Origin: Candidatus Tenderia sp.
GTDB taxonomy: Bacteria; Pseudomonadota; Gammaproteobacteria; Tenderiales; Tenderiaceae
Length of the DNA stretch: 64,000 bases
NCBI GenBank assembly: GCA_031416075.1
Contig: JANOSY010000073.1
Coordinates: 3,822-67,821 of the forward strand
Direction of reading: 5' to 3'
The translations under genes and the position numbers were made by a program. A model generated the notes under the pieces. That model was not told the DNA's origin, ran no database searches, and worked only from the letters and a program-made list of their open reading frames with translations. Positions 29,642 through 39,103 of the stretch are shown here, in pieces; the first letter of the stretch is position 1, and each line of letters starts with the position of its first letter.

Positions 29642-32600
29642 TTAATACTTACCCTGAAGTCTCAAGAACCAGCCATAAACAGAGTAATCATTATCAGATC
29701 GTTCATTGTCTGAAAAGTCAGTAAAGTTAAATCCAACGCCCAGACGCACGTGTCGGTTTGCACGCCACATCAATTCTGTCAGCCAGCCATCACGCTGATC
29801 TTTTGCTTCGCGTTGTGACAGACTACGATATTCCATTCCAAGATCCCAATCAGTAATGAACTGATAATTCAGACGATGAATAGAGAGCCAAGTATGACTA
29901 GTAAATGGAGATTGTTCATTGTCATTCTGACTTTTACGTTTGTAAGCAAGTTTATCTACCCATTCAATATTTGGCGTTAACTCGTAGGACCATTCAGAAG
30001 AAAGTATTTCTACCTGTGATTCCTGATCATCCTGAACATGCAGTGTTAATGGTCGTTTATCATAAATACCAGTATAACGGGCCAACATATTAAACCGGTC
30101 ACTTTCTACCGGTCGATACGCAAAACCGATACTATGTTCATTAAGTTCAGATTCTGTTACACCCAGATTTAGATCCTTGGTTTGGCTAATCAAATATTTA
30201 AAAATAAACGTATAATCTGGATTAATTTTTAGTTCCAATAGAGTATTACTAAGATATTGAATGCGTTCTTTATCACCACTCTCACGTCTGATCTCATTTT
30301 TTGTTGAGCCGCTTAATCCTGACACACCTTTGTAACTTAAGCGGGTTGATAGTGTATAACGTTCACTGTCATTCAAGGCACCATTGATAACACCCTTCTC
30401 AACTGCCAGCTTCAGACGAAATCCTTGCTGTATATCCCAAAAGCGGTCTATTCCTACCATTGAGACCTGTCGATCACCAGCAGTGGAATTCTCAATCTGA
30501 TACTCACTATATATCCGGCTATTTTTAGCTAACTGATTCTCTCCACCTATAACTGTACTCAATGAGGATTGACCCAGTGTATTTTGGCGCATACGCTCAT
30601 CCAGATATATTCGCCCACCATCAAACAACCATTGCACTCCCACTTTTGCCGCTGTGCCTTGAGTTCCATTTGCGAGACGGCCAATCAACTCAGTTGATTG
30701 GCCTATTTTATAATCGGCACCGATAGTTGTCTGATCATCTTCATCGCCGGATAGTGTCTGCTGCTGTTCAATCTGTGTATCTAAACTATCGTTCACCTTA
30801 TATCGAAGTTGACCGCTTATATAATCGCCACTTGATACACTATCACCCACTGAGTTGACTGCATCGCGGTTTTGATACTCAGTACTGACTCCCCAGTCTT
30901 TAGCGTCATAACGCCACTGCAGAGAGAGTTTTTTTGTCTCTACAATAGAATTGGGATTTATTGTCGTTATTGAACTCTCCTCCATACTGCTGCTTGCCAA
31001 TAGTTTGCTCTGATTACTCAAGGTATACAGCATCGTTATCCCGATCTTACGTGTTCCTTTTTCAAGGAAATTACCACTAGATAGAAAACCTTCACCCAGT
31101 TGTTTAGCATAGCCATTTATCAACATGCGACCTGGATCATTCAGAAGCTTACCTATATCCAACTCCATGGCTGCTTTCCAAGCTTGGCCTTCCAAGGTTC
31201 CCGCAGGTGTCAGGTCATCAAAGCTTAAACCACCGTCTTGACTGTAATACGTATGGCTGGCAATGCCTCTGCTTTGCGCCAGCTCCGTCACTATTCTCAA
31301 ACCACGTCCAATATCTATTTCAGCATCTATTCCTGTAAGTTGATATTCACCATTATTGATCTCATCATTAATCTGTGTGATGCCCACTGCAACATTTTTA
31401 CCCAATGCCTTACTAGCCCGTACGCCGTAGGATTTTTTGTCAAAGCTGCTTAGATTTGTCTCATAGTCAACCGTTAATATTGTTGGATTTCCTGACAACA
31501 AAGAGCTATCAAATAGAGAGTGGCTATCCACCACGCTGGCAATAGGGTCGCTGGTGATCAACCGTCCTTGATCATAATAGATCCGATAATCAATATTTCT
31601 TTGCAAAGTTTTACGGCTCAATATCAAACCGGTATCACGATCTCTTACCACAATAGATACCTGCTCACTTCCTTCAATGATATCGCCGTGACTAAGGTAA
31701 TAGAGTGACCCACCTGTTCCATTTAATTCATCATGAATGGGGACCTGTTTTACTTCTGCCGCAAATATAATTGCCTGAGCATTAGGCCGCTCATTTATGT
31801 TTTTGGCTATTGAGGTATAAATGCCACGTATGCCATAAAGTGTACGCTGATAACTTGCTAGCTCTGTTTTATCAAAACCAATCGCATAGTTACCCACAAA
31901 AACACTCATTTCATCACTTGTTAATGCAAGATAGAACTTTCCTTGACTATTAATTTCATCTACCAAAGTGCTTGAATCACCATAAACAGGATAATATTTA
32001 TCAGGATCAAGATTGGTGAAAAGCCTTGAACTCTCCTGCTTGTCAATATTATTCATAAATGAATCATTATCACCGGTATCAAAAGATGAAGTGATCAGGT
32101 ATTTACCTTTAATCACGCCCTTTAAATAGTAAGCCACCCTCCCCTCACTATAAAATGAATTACTCTTTTGCAATCCGGATGCCTCAAGATAGCCACTACC
32201 TTTTAACTGCCCAAATTTCCCATCTGCAAAGGCCATAAAAAACATGCGATCATCGCTAATTTCAATGTTCCGCTCAATCACCCCGCTATAACCTTCCGGA
32301 TCAGTTACCTCAACCCGGACGCTATTTTCACCTTTAGGTAAAACCAGGTTTGCTACAAAGTGACCGTTAGGATCAACAGTAATACGTTCACCATTAATGG
32401 TTATCTTGTTAAGCGGATTGGTCACGCCCGAGACAGGCAGTTCAGGGACGGTTCTTAATACCCCCATCTGTGGTAACTTGACGGTTAGGCTTGGTATTGG
32501 GTCCACCAACAACATTAACTTACCATCAACATTTCGATCACTTAATGTGGCTTGTAAATCGGCAATGCGGCTATAACCTTGCGCATTGGTGACTATAACA

Positions 32601-35539
32601 GAAACGCTGTTCTTTCCTGAATGTAACATCAATGAATGATTGAAAACTCCATCATCGGTTATTGATACGCCGATACCATCTATTTCTAAACTATTTCCAG
32701 GGTCGGTACGACCACGTAATTCGTACGGCATTAAGAACCCATGTTGACTTTCACTATTAGTTCCCACTATTCCAACGTCATTATAGATTTCTGGATATGG
32801 AAGTGTCTCTTTACCCTTCATTGTATAAAATACTAATGATGGAATATTTACAATCGCTTTGAATTCACTACCACTACTGCTGACCATCTCCATAGTTAAC
32901 TGAGAGGTCTCTTCATAAGAGTAACTACGCTGAAAGCGTCCAAGGCCATCTAACGGCAACAACTCTCCATTTATTTTTACCTGTGGCATCGTTCTATATT
33001 GGTCATAAAGCTTAACATCAGACTCCGTGCTAAAATCACCCTTTATCTCAACACGACGGTTAATCTCCCTACCCATATCAGTATTATTACTAACAATTGG
33101 GCTGCTCTCACCAAACCAACGGATAATCAGCTGTTCACGAGGTACGCCTTCTATATCAACCAGGAAATGGGCGGCCGCTTCTGCACGCCGTTGTGACAGA
33201 ATCATGTTAACGTTATCATCCCCTCTATTATCACTATGCCCTTCTACTAACACCTGTTCACCTGGGAACTGTTTTAATACTTTGGCCGCACCAGATAATA
33301 TTTTCTTTGCATCGTCTGAAAGCTCTGTTGATCCTGTCTTAAATGCACCGCCAGACATATTGACAGATAATACTTCTGTACGATTAACTCCAAACAGCTG
33401 GCGAGATGTTTTAATACTCACTCCATCTGAATAGTTAATTAGAAGTTGATACTGGAATATTTTTCCGCCTTTAACAGTTTTTCCAGAATCATCTCGGCCA
33501 TTCCATTCTAATATACTGGGAAGAGGACCTCGCCCAGACAATGTATATACATGTTTTCCATCGGAATCATTAATGACAAAACTCCACGATTCAACTCTAT
33601 CATTATCATCAATTTGCACATTAAAAATGGCCGGCGTCTCAAGTTCTCCGCCCTTTATTTTGATTGTATTATCCATATTCAAACTATTCAAATTAACATT
33701 TGAATTAGAAAGATGTTTAACCGTACCATTGATGACTGCAAGCATAACTTCAGCATAGCCTTGTATCTGGATTGGCTTTTGGCTGCTATCACCCTCCATG
33801 GTGACTCCTTTTACTAAATCTCGGCCAATGCTATTTTTCTCAAATATATAACGTACACCAAAGTTCGCTTTTGCTAACAAACCTGGTGTTACCGAGACAA
33901 TTAGGGCCTCTTCCGTAGTAACTACAGCATTATCCGCCAAATGGGGTAAATTTATTTTTAGTAGTCGATGTCCAGGTGCTACGGCGGAAAAGTGGTAACG
34001 ACCATATTCATCAGTAAGAACATAGCTGCCATTATCAAGCACCACCATAGCACCACCAATACCAATCTCTCCCTTTGATTGATGGCCATCGCCATCATGA
34101 TCTCCAAATACTTTTCCAATGATAGTTCCAAGATCAAATATTGGGTCAATCACCACTTCAACTTTTGATTCAACCCTATTTGATATCAGGCAGCGATTAC
34201 ACACATCAATCGCATACGCGTTATTAATGTAATCACCTGGCTTTGCACCAGAACCTATAATAAGTTGATAACTCAACATCTGATAGCCAGATTCCCCTGC
34301 ATCAGCTTGACCATTACCATTTTTATCAGACAGTGCATCAATGTTACCAATTAAGAAATTAAGCTGATGTATCCCTGATGGATCTTGAGTTTGAATACCA
34401 TTTATTCGGCTGCTGCCGGGTAAATATTTAAAGTTTGGTGGGATACGGTCTAACAAAGAGACCTGCTCAATAGTTTTATCAGTACTATTTTTTATCTCCA
34501 CATAATAAGTCACCAGGTCTCCAATCATCGCCTTTTCTTTGTTTGCACGTTTAGTCAAACGTAATATTTCACCTTGGCTAAAATATATTAATGGACGTGA
34601 TAACAGATCAAATCCATCGTTTATATTAGTAGCTGATACAGTAGAAATACCTGGCTTATTTGAGTATATTTTTCCTATAGCGCTGCCATTGGTCAGAGTT
34701 ATACCTATAGGCTGCTCAATATTGTCAAAAACACCTCTATTAGTTGATAAAGCTATCTTTTTATCAGTGACTGGAGAACCATTTGAATCTAAAAGGGTGA
34801 CAGTTACTTGGCTGTTACTAATGCCGTCTGCAATGACAATATCGGGTACTACGACAATTGTAGAGAGCAAAGGATCCGCACTGGTGACAACAGCAACCTG
34901 ACGGCTATTATTATCCGTCACATCACCATCAGCACTTCCATCAACGCTTTCCATTGAGCTAATATCTGGTGTATTAACATCATCTACGTAACTAAAAAAT
35001 AATCCAACACCTGCCTCAAGCGGTGTATCAGCCTGTATTTCAGCACTAATTCTAGACTTGTCTACCATTACTTTGATGCCAAGATCAATAGTCAGCTTAG
35101 TTCCATCTGATATTGCACAGAATGTATTGGCAGAAACTGCGGGGCATGTTTGTGACCATAGATCTCCAGCTATAGAGAGCCAATTCAACGAGATATTTTT
35201 ATATCCTGATGGTGAAACTATAGTAATTCTATTTATTCCAGTATCATTAACTCCTATTGAAGGCAATAAATCATAGATAAAAACTTTTGATTTTATATTA
35301 GCAGGAACACTATTTGGATATATTTCAGCGTGAACGATAGTCGCAGCATTATTGCCACCAAGAACATCAAATGAAACCGTTGCTTGACTCAGGTCTAGCG
35401 GGTAACCATTAAATGTTCCTGTTACACCACTTTGAACAACTGCTGCCTGTGAAACACAGATAACAAGATTTGCCCATAGGAAAAATAACAGAGTTCCCAT
35501 GAGTATCTTTGACTTACTAAGCATGTGCCTTTTTAACAC
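29642..35539 (-). CDS. Giant (1,965 aa) secreted cell-envelope protein. It has a signal peptide, a Big_1 Ig-like domain, a DUF11 (conserved repeat) domain, a CarboxypepD_reg/Cna-B-like domain, an internal OmpA-type peptidoglycan-binding domain and a C-terminal beta-rich region of about 1,100 aa (putative outer-membrane barrel).
   Basis: Signal peptide MLKRHMLSKSKILMGTLLFFLWANLVICVSQA. Big_1-like ADGISNSQVTVTLLDSNGSPVTDKKIALSTNRG. DUF11 signature LTKRANKEKAMIGDLVTYYVEIKNSTDKTIEQVSLLDRIPPNFKY. Cna-B-like GTIIGKVFGDHDGDGHQSKGEIGIGGAMVVLDNGSYVLTDEYGRYHF. OmpA motif ...VLVEGHSDNRGDDNVNMILSQRRAEAAAHFLV...EINRRVEI. C-terminal ...YSVYGWFLRLQGKY with a terminal aromatic. Markedly AT-rich. Confidence 0.7.
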   Translation of the reverse strand: MLKRHMLSKSKILMGTLLFFLWANLVICVSQAAVVQSGVTGTFNGYPLDLSQATVSFDVLGGNNAATIVHAEIYPNSVPANIKSKVFIYDLLPSIGVNDTGINRITIVSPSGYKNISLNWLSIAGDLWSQTCPAVSANTFCAISDGTKLTIDLGIKVMVDKSRISAEIQADTPLEAGVGLFFSYVDDVNTPDISSMESVDGSADGDVTDNNSRQVAVVTSADPLLSTIVVVPDIVIADGISNSQVTVTLLDSNGSPVTDKKIALSTNRGVFDNIEQPIGITLTNGSAIGKIYSNKPGISTVSATNINDGFDLLSRPLIYFSQGEILRLTKRANKEKAMIGDLVTYYVEIKNSTDKTIEQVSLLDRIPPNFKYLPGSSRINGIQTQDPSGIHQLNFLIGNIDALSDKNGNGQADAGESGYQMLSYQLIIGSGAKPGDYINNAYAIDVCNRCLISNRVESKVEVVIDPIFDLGTIIGKVFGDHDGDGHQSKGEIGIGGAMVVLDNGSYVLTDEYGRYHFSAVAPGHRLLKINLPHLADNAVVTTEEALIVSVTPGLLAKANFGVRYIFEKNSIGRDLVKGVTMEGDSSQKPIQIQGYAEVMLAVINGTVKHLSNSNVNLNSLNMDNTIKIKGGELETPAIFNVQIDDNDRVESWSFVINDSDGKHVYTLSGRGPLPSILEWNGRDDSGKTVKGGKIFQYQLLINYSDGVSIKTSRQLFGVNRTEVLSVNMSGGAFKTGSTELSDDAKKILSGAAKVLKQFPGEQVLVEGHSDNRGDDNVNMILSQRRAEAAAHFLVDIEGVPREQLIIRWFGESSPIVSNNTDMGREINRRVEIKGDFSTESDVKLYDQYRTMPQVKINGELLPLDGLGRFQRSYSYEETSQLTMEMVSSSGSEFKAIVNIPSLVFYTMKGKETLPYPEIYNDVGIVGTNSESQHGFLMPYELRGRTDPGNSLEIDGIGVSITDDGVFNHSLMLHSGKNSVSVIVTNAQGYSRIADLQATLSDRNVDGKLMLLVDPIPSLTVKLPQMGVLRTVPELPVSGVTNPLNKITINGERITVDPNGHFVANLVLPKGENSVRVEVTDPEGYSGVIERNIEISDDRMFFMAFADGKFGQLKGSGYLEASGLQKSNSFYSEGRVAYYLKGVIKGKYLITSSFDTGDNDSFMNNIDKQESSRLFTNLDPDKYYPVYGDSSTLVDEINSQGKFYLALTSDEMSVFVGNYAIGFDKTELASYQRTLYGIRGIYTSIAKNINERPNAQAIIFAAEVKQVPIHDELNGTGGSLYYLSHGDIIEGSEQVSIVVRDRDTGLILSRKTLQRNIDYRIYYDQGRLITSDPIASVVDSHSLFDSSLLSGNPTILTVDYETNLSSFDKKSYGVRASKALGKNVAVGITQINDEINNGEYQLTGIDAEIDIGRGLRIVTELAQSRGIASHTYYSQDGGLSFDDLTPAGTLEGQAWKAAMELDIGKLLNDPGRMLINGYAKQLGEGFLSSGNFLEKGTRKIGITMLYTLSNQSKLLASSSMEESSITTINPNSIVETKKLSLQWRYDAKDWGVSTEYQNRDAVNSVGDSVSSGDYISGQLRYKVNDSLDTQIEQQQTLSGDEDDQTTIGADYKIGQSTELIGRLANGTQGTAAKVGVQWLFDGGRIYLDERMRQNTLGQSSLSTVIGGENQLAKNSRIYSEYQIENSTAGDRQVSMVGIDRFWDIQQGFRLKLAVEKGVINGALNDSERYTLSTRLSYKGVSGLSGSTKNEIRRESGDKERIQYLSNTLLELKINPDYTFIFKYLISQTKDLNLGVTESELNEHSIGFAYRPVESDRFNMLARYTGIYDKRPLTLHVQDDQESQVEILSSEWSYELTPNIEWVDKLAYKRKSQNDNEQSPFTSHTWLSIHRLNYQFITDWDLGMEYRSLSQREAKDQRDGWLTELMWRANRHVRLGVGFNFTDFSDNERSDNDYSVYGWFLRLQGKY

Positions 35540-35703
35540 TTTTAATGCGGACTATCTGTTTATCTGAGACTACCTTTAAACAACAAAATTCTGCCGCCTA
35601 TAAACGAACAAAATCAGCACAGGGCTGGTATTACAGTCCGGCTTGTTGTTCTCATCATCACGAGGATAATCTCAATAAAAACATTATTGCCCGACTCCAC
35701 CCG

Positions 35704-36315
35704 TCAATTAATACGCGCACGAAACATGAACGAAACAACTTTACCAGCAGGAATATTAACCACTCCATTGGTCTGCCCTGTATGCGCCCCCATGGTAATT
35801 AAATCAGGTGAGACCGCAACATTAGCAGAGGCCACATCCGCATTAATGGCATCACTCAAAGAAATTCCGCTACCACTTGCATTGGTATCGTTAAATATTG
35901 TGGCTAAAGATGCAGCGCTATTGGTAGTGTTGTTATTCCATGTTAAAGAGCCTGCTTGATAGGTAAAGTCCGTATCATTGAGTTGATCCTCAAGCCTGAC
36001 ATCAGATGATTGCGTACTAGTTGAGTTATCTATATAAATAATAAATTTTACGATACTGCCCTTTACAACGGAGCTGCCACTAACAATTTCCGTGCCCGTG
36101 TTATCATCCAGAAATGCTTTTTTTACTACGGCTAACGTAGCACTGGTAATTGTTAGCGTTGCAGAGTCTGTAATGTAATCGGTGTCTGACAATGTAGGGT
36201 CAGCGCCTAAATTAGCCCGCCCGATATTAGTCGCAGACCACGCTAATGAAGATGCTGAAAGCAAGTACAAAGAGAATATAGAGCAGACTAACTGTGTTTT
36301 TAAATTTGGTCTCAT
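35704..36315 (-). CDS. Small secreted DUF11-like protein, paralog 1. Putative surface/fibre subunit.
   Basis: Signal peptide MRPNLKTQLVCSIFSLYLLSASSLAWSA. Ser/Thr/Asn-rich. DUF11-like core VVKKAFLDDNTGTEIVSGSSVVKGSIVKFIIYIDNSTSTQSSDVRLEDQLNDTDFT. C-terminal FMFRARIN. Paralogous to the 36432..37067 product. Confidence 0.5.
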   Translation of the reverse strand: MRPNLKTQLVCSIFSLYLLSASSLAWSATNIGRANLGADPTLSDTDYITDSATLTITSATLAVVKKAFLDDNTGTEIVSGSSVVKGSIVKFIIYIDNSTSTQSSDVRLEDQLNDTDFTYQAGSLTWNNNTTNSAASLATIFNDTNASGSGISLSDAINADVASANVAVSPDLITMGAHTGQTNGVVNIPAGKVVSFMFRARIN

Positions 36316-36431
36316 AGGAAACCCCTTATACTTCTTTCAGAGAAAAAATCCTTCGTTCTCTGGCACTGTTAATATGTGTAAAAATCCATGTAATACACAA
36401 CAAACAACGTATTTAAATAGCTGTATTAAAC

Positions 36432-37067
36432 TTAATTCATTGTGACTCTGAAACGAACAGCAACTCGACGCGGGTCAACTACAGGGTCAGCTTGTGTTGA
36501 CTTCACTATATTAAGCACAGCATTACCACCACCAAGCCCCACGGTCACCTGATTGGCTGTTGAGACATTCCAGTTAAGTTGATCGGCATCAACAGCCGCC
36601 GTCATAGCATTCCATGTCAAACCATTCCATGTTCCCCCACCTGTTCCAGCAGTTGTCCACGCAGTGTCGTTGCCTGCTGTCATCTCTATTCCTGGTGATG
36701 CAACTGTGTTAAGAATTTCGAAACTGGTGGGTACAACAGTAAAGGCACCCGTATCGATAGCATCTATAAAACGCACATCACTAATATCCACAGATGAGCT
36801 GTTATCCACATAGAGTACAAAATAGAACTGCATCCCTGAAGGAATGCTGGCACTGGCACCTAGATTGTTACCATTAAGATTGCGCGCCTCTTTGGTAATT
36901 CCAAGCGCTGCTGCATTAATTGTGATAACCCCTGAATTAGTTAAACTAACCCCGCCCCCTCCTGGATAAGTGGCCTGATTGGTTGCGGCAAAGGCCGATG
37001 TCCCAAGAAGCATGGGTAAACTTGCTATGCCACTTAACCATAGTTTTCTACTTCCAACCCCGCTCAT
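36432..37067 (-). CDS. Small secreted DUF11-like protein, paralog 2. Putative surface/fibre subunit.
   Basis: Signal peptide ...LPMLLGTSAFAA. Core ITKEARNLNGNNLGASASIPSGMQFYFVLYVDNSSSVDISDVRFIDAIDTGAFT follows the same pattern as paralog 1 and as the DUF11 segment of the giant protein. C-terminal RFRVTMN. Confidence 0.5.
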   Translation of the reverse strand: MSGVGSRKLWLSGIASLPMLLGTSAFAATNQATYPGGGGVSLTNSGVITINAAALGITKEARNLNGNNLGASASIPSGMQFYFVLYVDNSSSVDISDVRFIDAIDTGAFTVVPTSFEILNTVASPGIEMTAGNDTAWTTAGTGGGTWNGLTWNAMTAAVDADQLNWNVSTANQVTVGLGGGNAVLNIVKSTQADPVVDPRRVAVRFRVTMN

Positions 37068-37379
37068 AATTCATCTCCTGTTTTTTTAACTACATCCAAT
37101 ACAGATCCAAGCCTCATATCTCTATAAATGCTTAAAGTGTCACATGTTTTTAACGACACTAATTAGCGGTATCTTAAGTAAGATCCGCATAGAAATAGGG
37201 AGAAAAACCATTAACTTGAAAAGTTCATTAAGAAATTTAGAGGTGCTGCCGACAGATAGAGACAACCTGTACTTTAAGGCATTATCGTTAAACAGCTAGT
37301 TTCAGAAAAAAAGTGGGATAGAGAAAGAACTATTTGTATCAGAGATAGTGTGTGGGTCAGTGAGTGTAGATTATAAACC

Positions 37380-37406
37380 CTCCAGACCAATAGGATTGGT
37401 CTGGAG
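37380..37406 (-). terminator. Rho-independent terminator of the dsbA-like gene.
   Basis: Perfect 12-bp inverted repeat CTCCAGACCAAT-agg-ATTGGTCTGGAG immediately after the stop codon. On the transcribed strand it is followed by TTTATAAT. Confidence 0.6.
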
Positions 37407-37430
37407 CGGATGTTGTTTCACAGATTAGCC

Positions 37431-38087
37431 TTAATAGTTCGCTTTAATCTCAGCATCAACCAAATTGACTAACTGCTCATAACCAAAGCTGGGAAGTGGT
37501 TTGCCGTTAACAAAGAACGTTGGAGTCTTGGTAGCTCCCAACAATTGACCATCACTAATATCCTGTCTAATTGCATTGGCTACTGCTTGGCTGTTCATAT
37601 CTTGTTGTAACTTAAAGAAGTCGATTGTAGTTTGCGTCCGGTTCAGATGGTTCCAAAATACTTCTGGCTGGGCGACATGATTGATTGTCCAATTGCGCTG
37701 AGTAGAAAACATTAGCTCCAGCACTGGCCAGAACTGCCCTTGCAGTTTGGCTGCTTCAAGAATAGCGACCATTTGGTCGGATCCTTGATGTAATGGTGCA
37801 TAACGAACCACTAGATTAACCTTGCCACTATGTTTTTCAAGCAGCTTTTTAACTAGCGGATGAAATTTTGCACAGGTTTCACAGGCTGGATCCATAAATT
37901 CAACTATGGTTACTTTGGCATTAGAGCTTCCTTCTCTGACTGAGTGGTCTCGTATCAATGACTCCCTGTTTTTTGTGGCTTGCTGTTCAGCTTTTTCACC
38001 TTGTTCTGAATTATACACAACGGCTACCAATGTAAAAGCAATGCCTATCAAAAGAATGGCGATGATCGTAAAGTGACTCTGTTTCAT
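37431..38087 (-). CDS. Thiol:disulfide interchange protein, DsbA/BdbD family (thioredoxin fold, CxxC).
   Basis: N-terminal membrane anchor/signal MKQSHFTIIAILLIGIAFTLVAVV. Active site FMDPACETCAKFHP (C-E-T-C). Confidence 0.75.
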   Translation of the reverse strand: MKQSHFTIIAILLIGIAFTLVAVVYNSEQGEKAEQQATKNRESLIRDHSVREGSSNAKVTIVEFMDPACETCAKFHPLVKKLLEKHSGKVNLVVRYAPLHQGSDQMVAILEAAKLQGQFWPVLELMFSTQRNWTINHVAQPEVFWNHLNRTQTTIDFFKLQQDMNSQAVANAIRQDISDGQLLGATKTPTFFVNGKPLPSFGYEQLVNLVDAEIKANY

Positions 38088-38126
38088 TATTGAAGTCCTA
38101 GCGAGTATGTGGTGATATTTTTACAA

Positions 38127-38567
38127 CTATAGCCGATTACTAAACGTACGTGTCTTTAACAACAAGGCTATTATGATGATAAACGATAACAATGACAGCA
38201 ATGGGATGGGTAAAAAACCAAATAATTCCATTGAGGCGTCGGCACAGGAGACTCCTTGACTACATGGTTGCATGTTTTCAGGAATGAATCCGTAAAACAG
38301 TAAACAATGGTAGAGGGTAAAGAGCAGTCCAATGACGGCTAGAGGTAACGCATAACGCACCACTTTAAGATCTAAAGGGTGCAGTCCTAATAGTAGAATA
38401 ATTGCCAGAGGGAACATAAATATTCGCTGGAACCAGCAAAGAATACAGGGCACAAGATCCATCACTTCGCTAAAAAAAAGACTTGCCACGGTAGATACCA
38501 TGGCAATCAGCCAAGCACTCGATAAATATGGCCAACCAGCCTGTTTCATACCTGACTTATCTGTCAT
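38127..38567 (-). CDS. Disulfide bond formation protein B, short BdbC-like form.
   Basis: 146-aa four-TM protein with the paired cysteine motif LVPCILCWFQRIFMFPLA. Adjacent to the DsbA-like gene. Confidence 0.7.
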   Translation of the reverse strand: MTDKSGMKQAGWPYLSSAWLIAMVSTVASLFFSEVMDLVPCILCWFQRIFMFPLAIILLLGLHPLDLKVVRYALPLAVIGLLFTLYHCLLFYGFIPENMQPCSQGVSCADASMELFGFLPIPLLSLLSFIIIIALLLKTRTFSNRL

Positions 38568-38596
38568 TAATGCACCTCATATTGAAAATATTGGGG

Positions 38597-39070
38597 TTAT
38601 GCGCCGTCAGGGATTTCAGGTTCAACTATATATGACAGGAGTGTCAGTGACTCCTGCCAGCCGAGATAACAGAGTTCTAACGGAATAACTGATGGCACCC
38701 CCTCTTGAGTGATGGTCAGTTCGCTGCCACAAACCACTCCCCTTAATGACACCGTCACCAACATCTCACCGGGGAGGTGAGGGTCATCAAATTTATTCTC
38801 ATATCTAATCTGTTTGTAGGGTAAAAGTTCAATGTACTTGCCACTGAAGGAGTGGCTGTTTCCTGTACTGAAGTTTATAAACGACATATGGTAACCATGA
38901 TCAATGCGGGCATCCATGTGATGGACTTTACCAATGAATCCATAAGGTGGCAGCCATTTCACCATGGCATCCGGATCAATAAACGCCCGATAAATACGTT
39001 CCGGTTTGGCTCGAATCACACGATGAAGATGGATGGTATTTGTTGTATGGCTCATAACAGACTCCTTCAC
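38597..39070 (-). CDS. SRPBCC-superfamily protein (AHSA1/Aha1-like activator-of-Hsp90-ATPase domain).
   Basis: IHLHRVIRAKPERIYRAFIDPDAMVKWLPP matches the AHSA1/SRPBCC opening. About 157 aa. Confidence 0.65.
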   Translation of the reverse strand: MKESVMSHTTNTIHLHRVIRAKPERIYRAFIDPDAMVKWLPPYGFIGKVHHMDARIDHGYHMSFINFSTGNSHSFSGKYIELLPYKQIRYENKFDDPHLPGEMLVTVSLRGVVCGSELTITQEGVPSVIPLELCYLGWQESLTLLSYIVEPEIPDGA

Positions 39071-39103
39071 GAAGTGGGTTATATGGTGGTTGGTTTAATC
39101 AAA

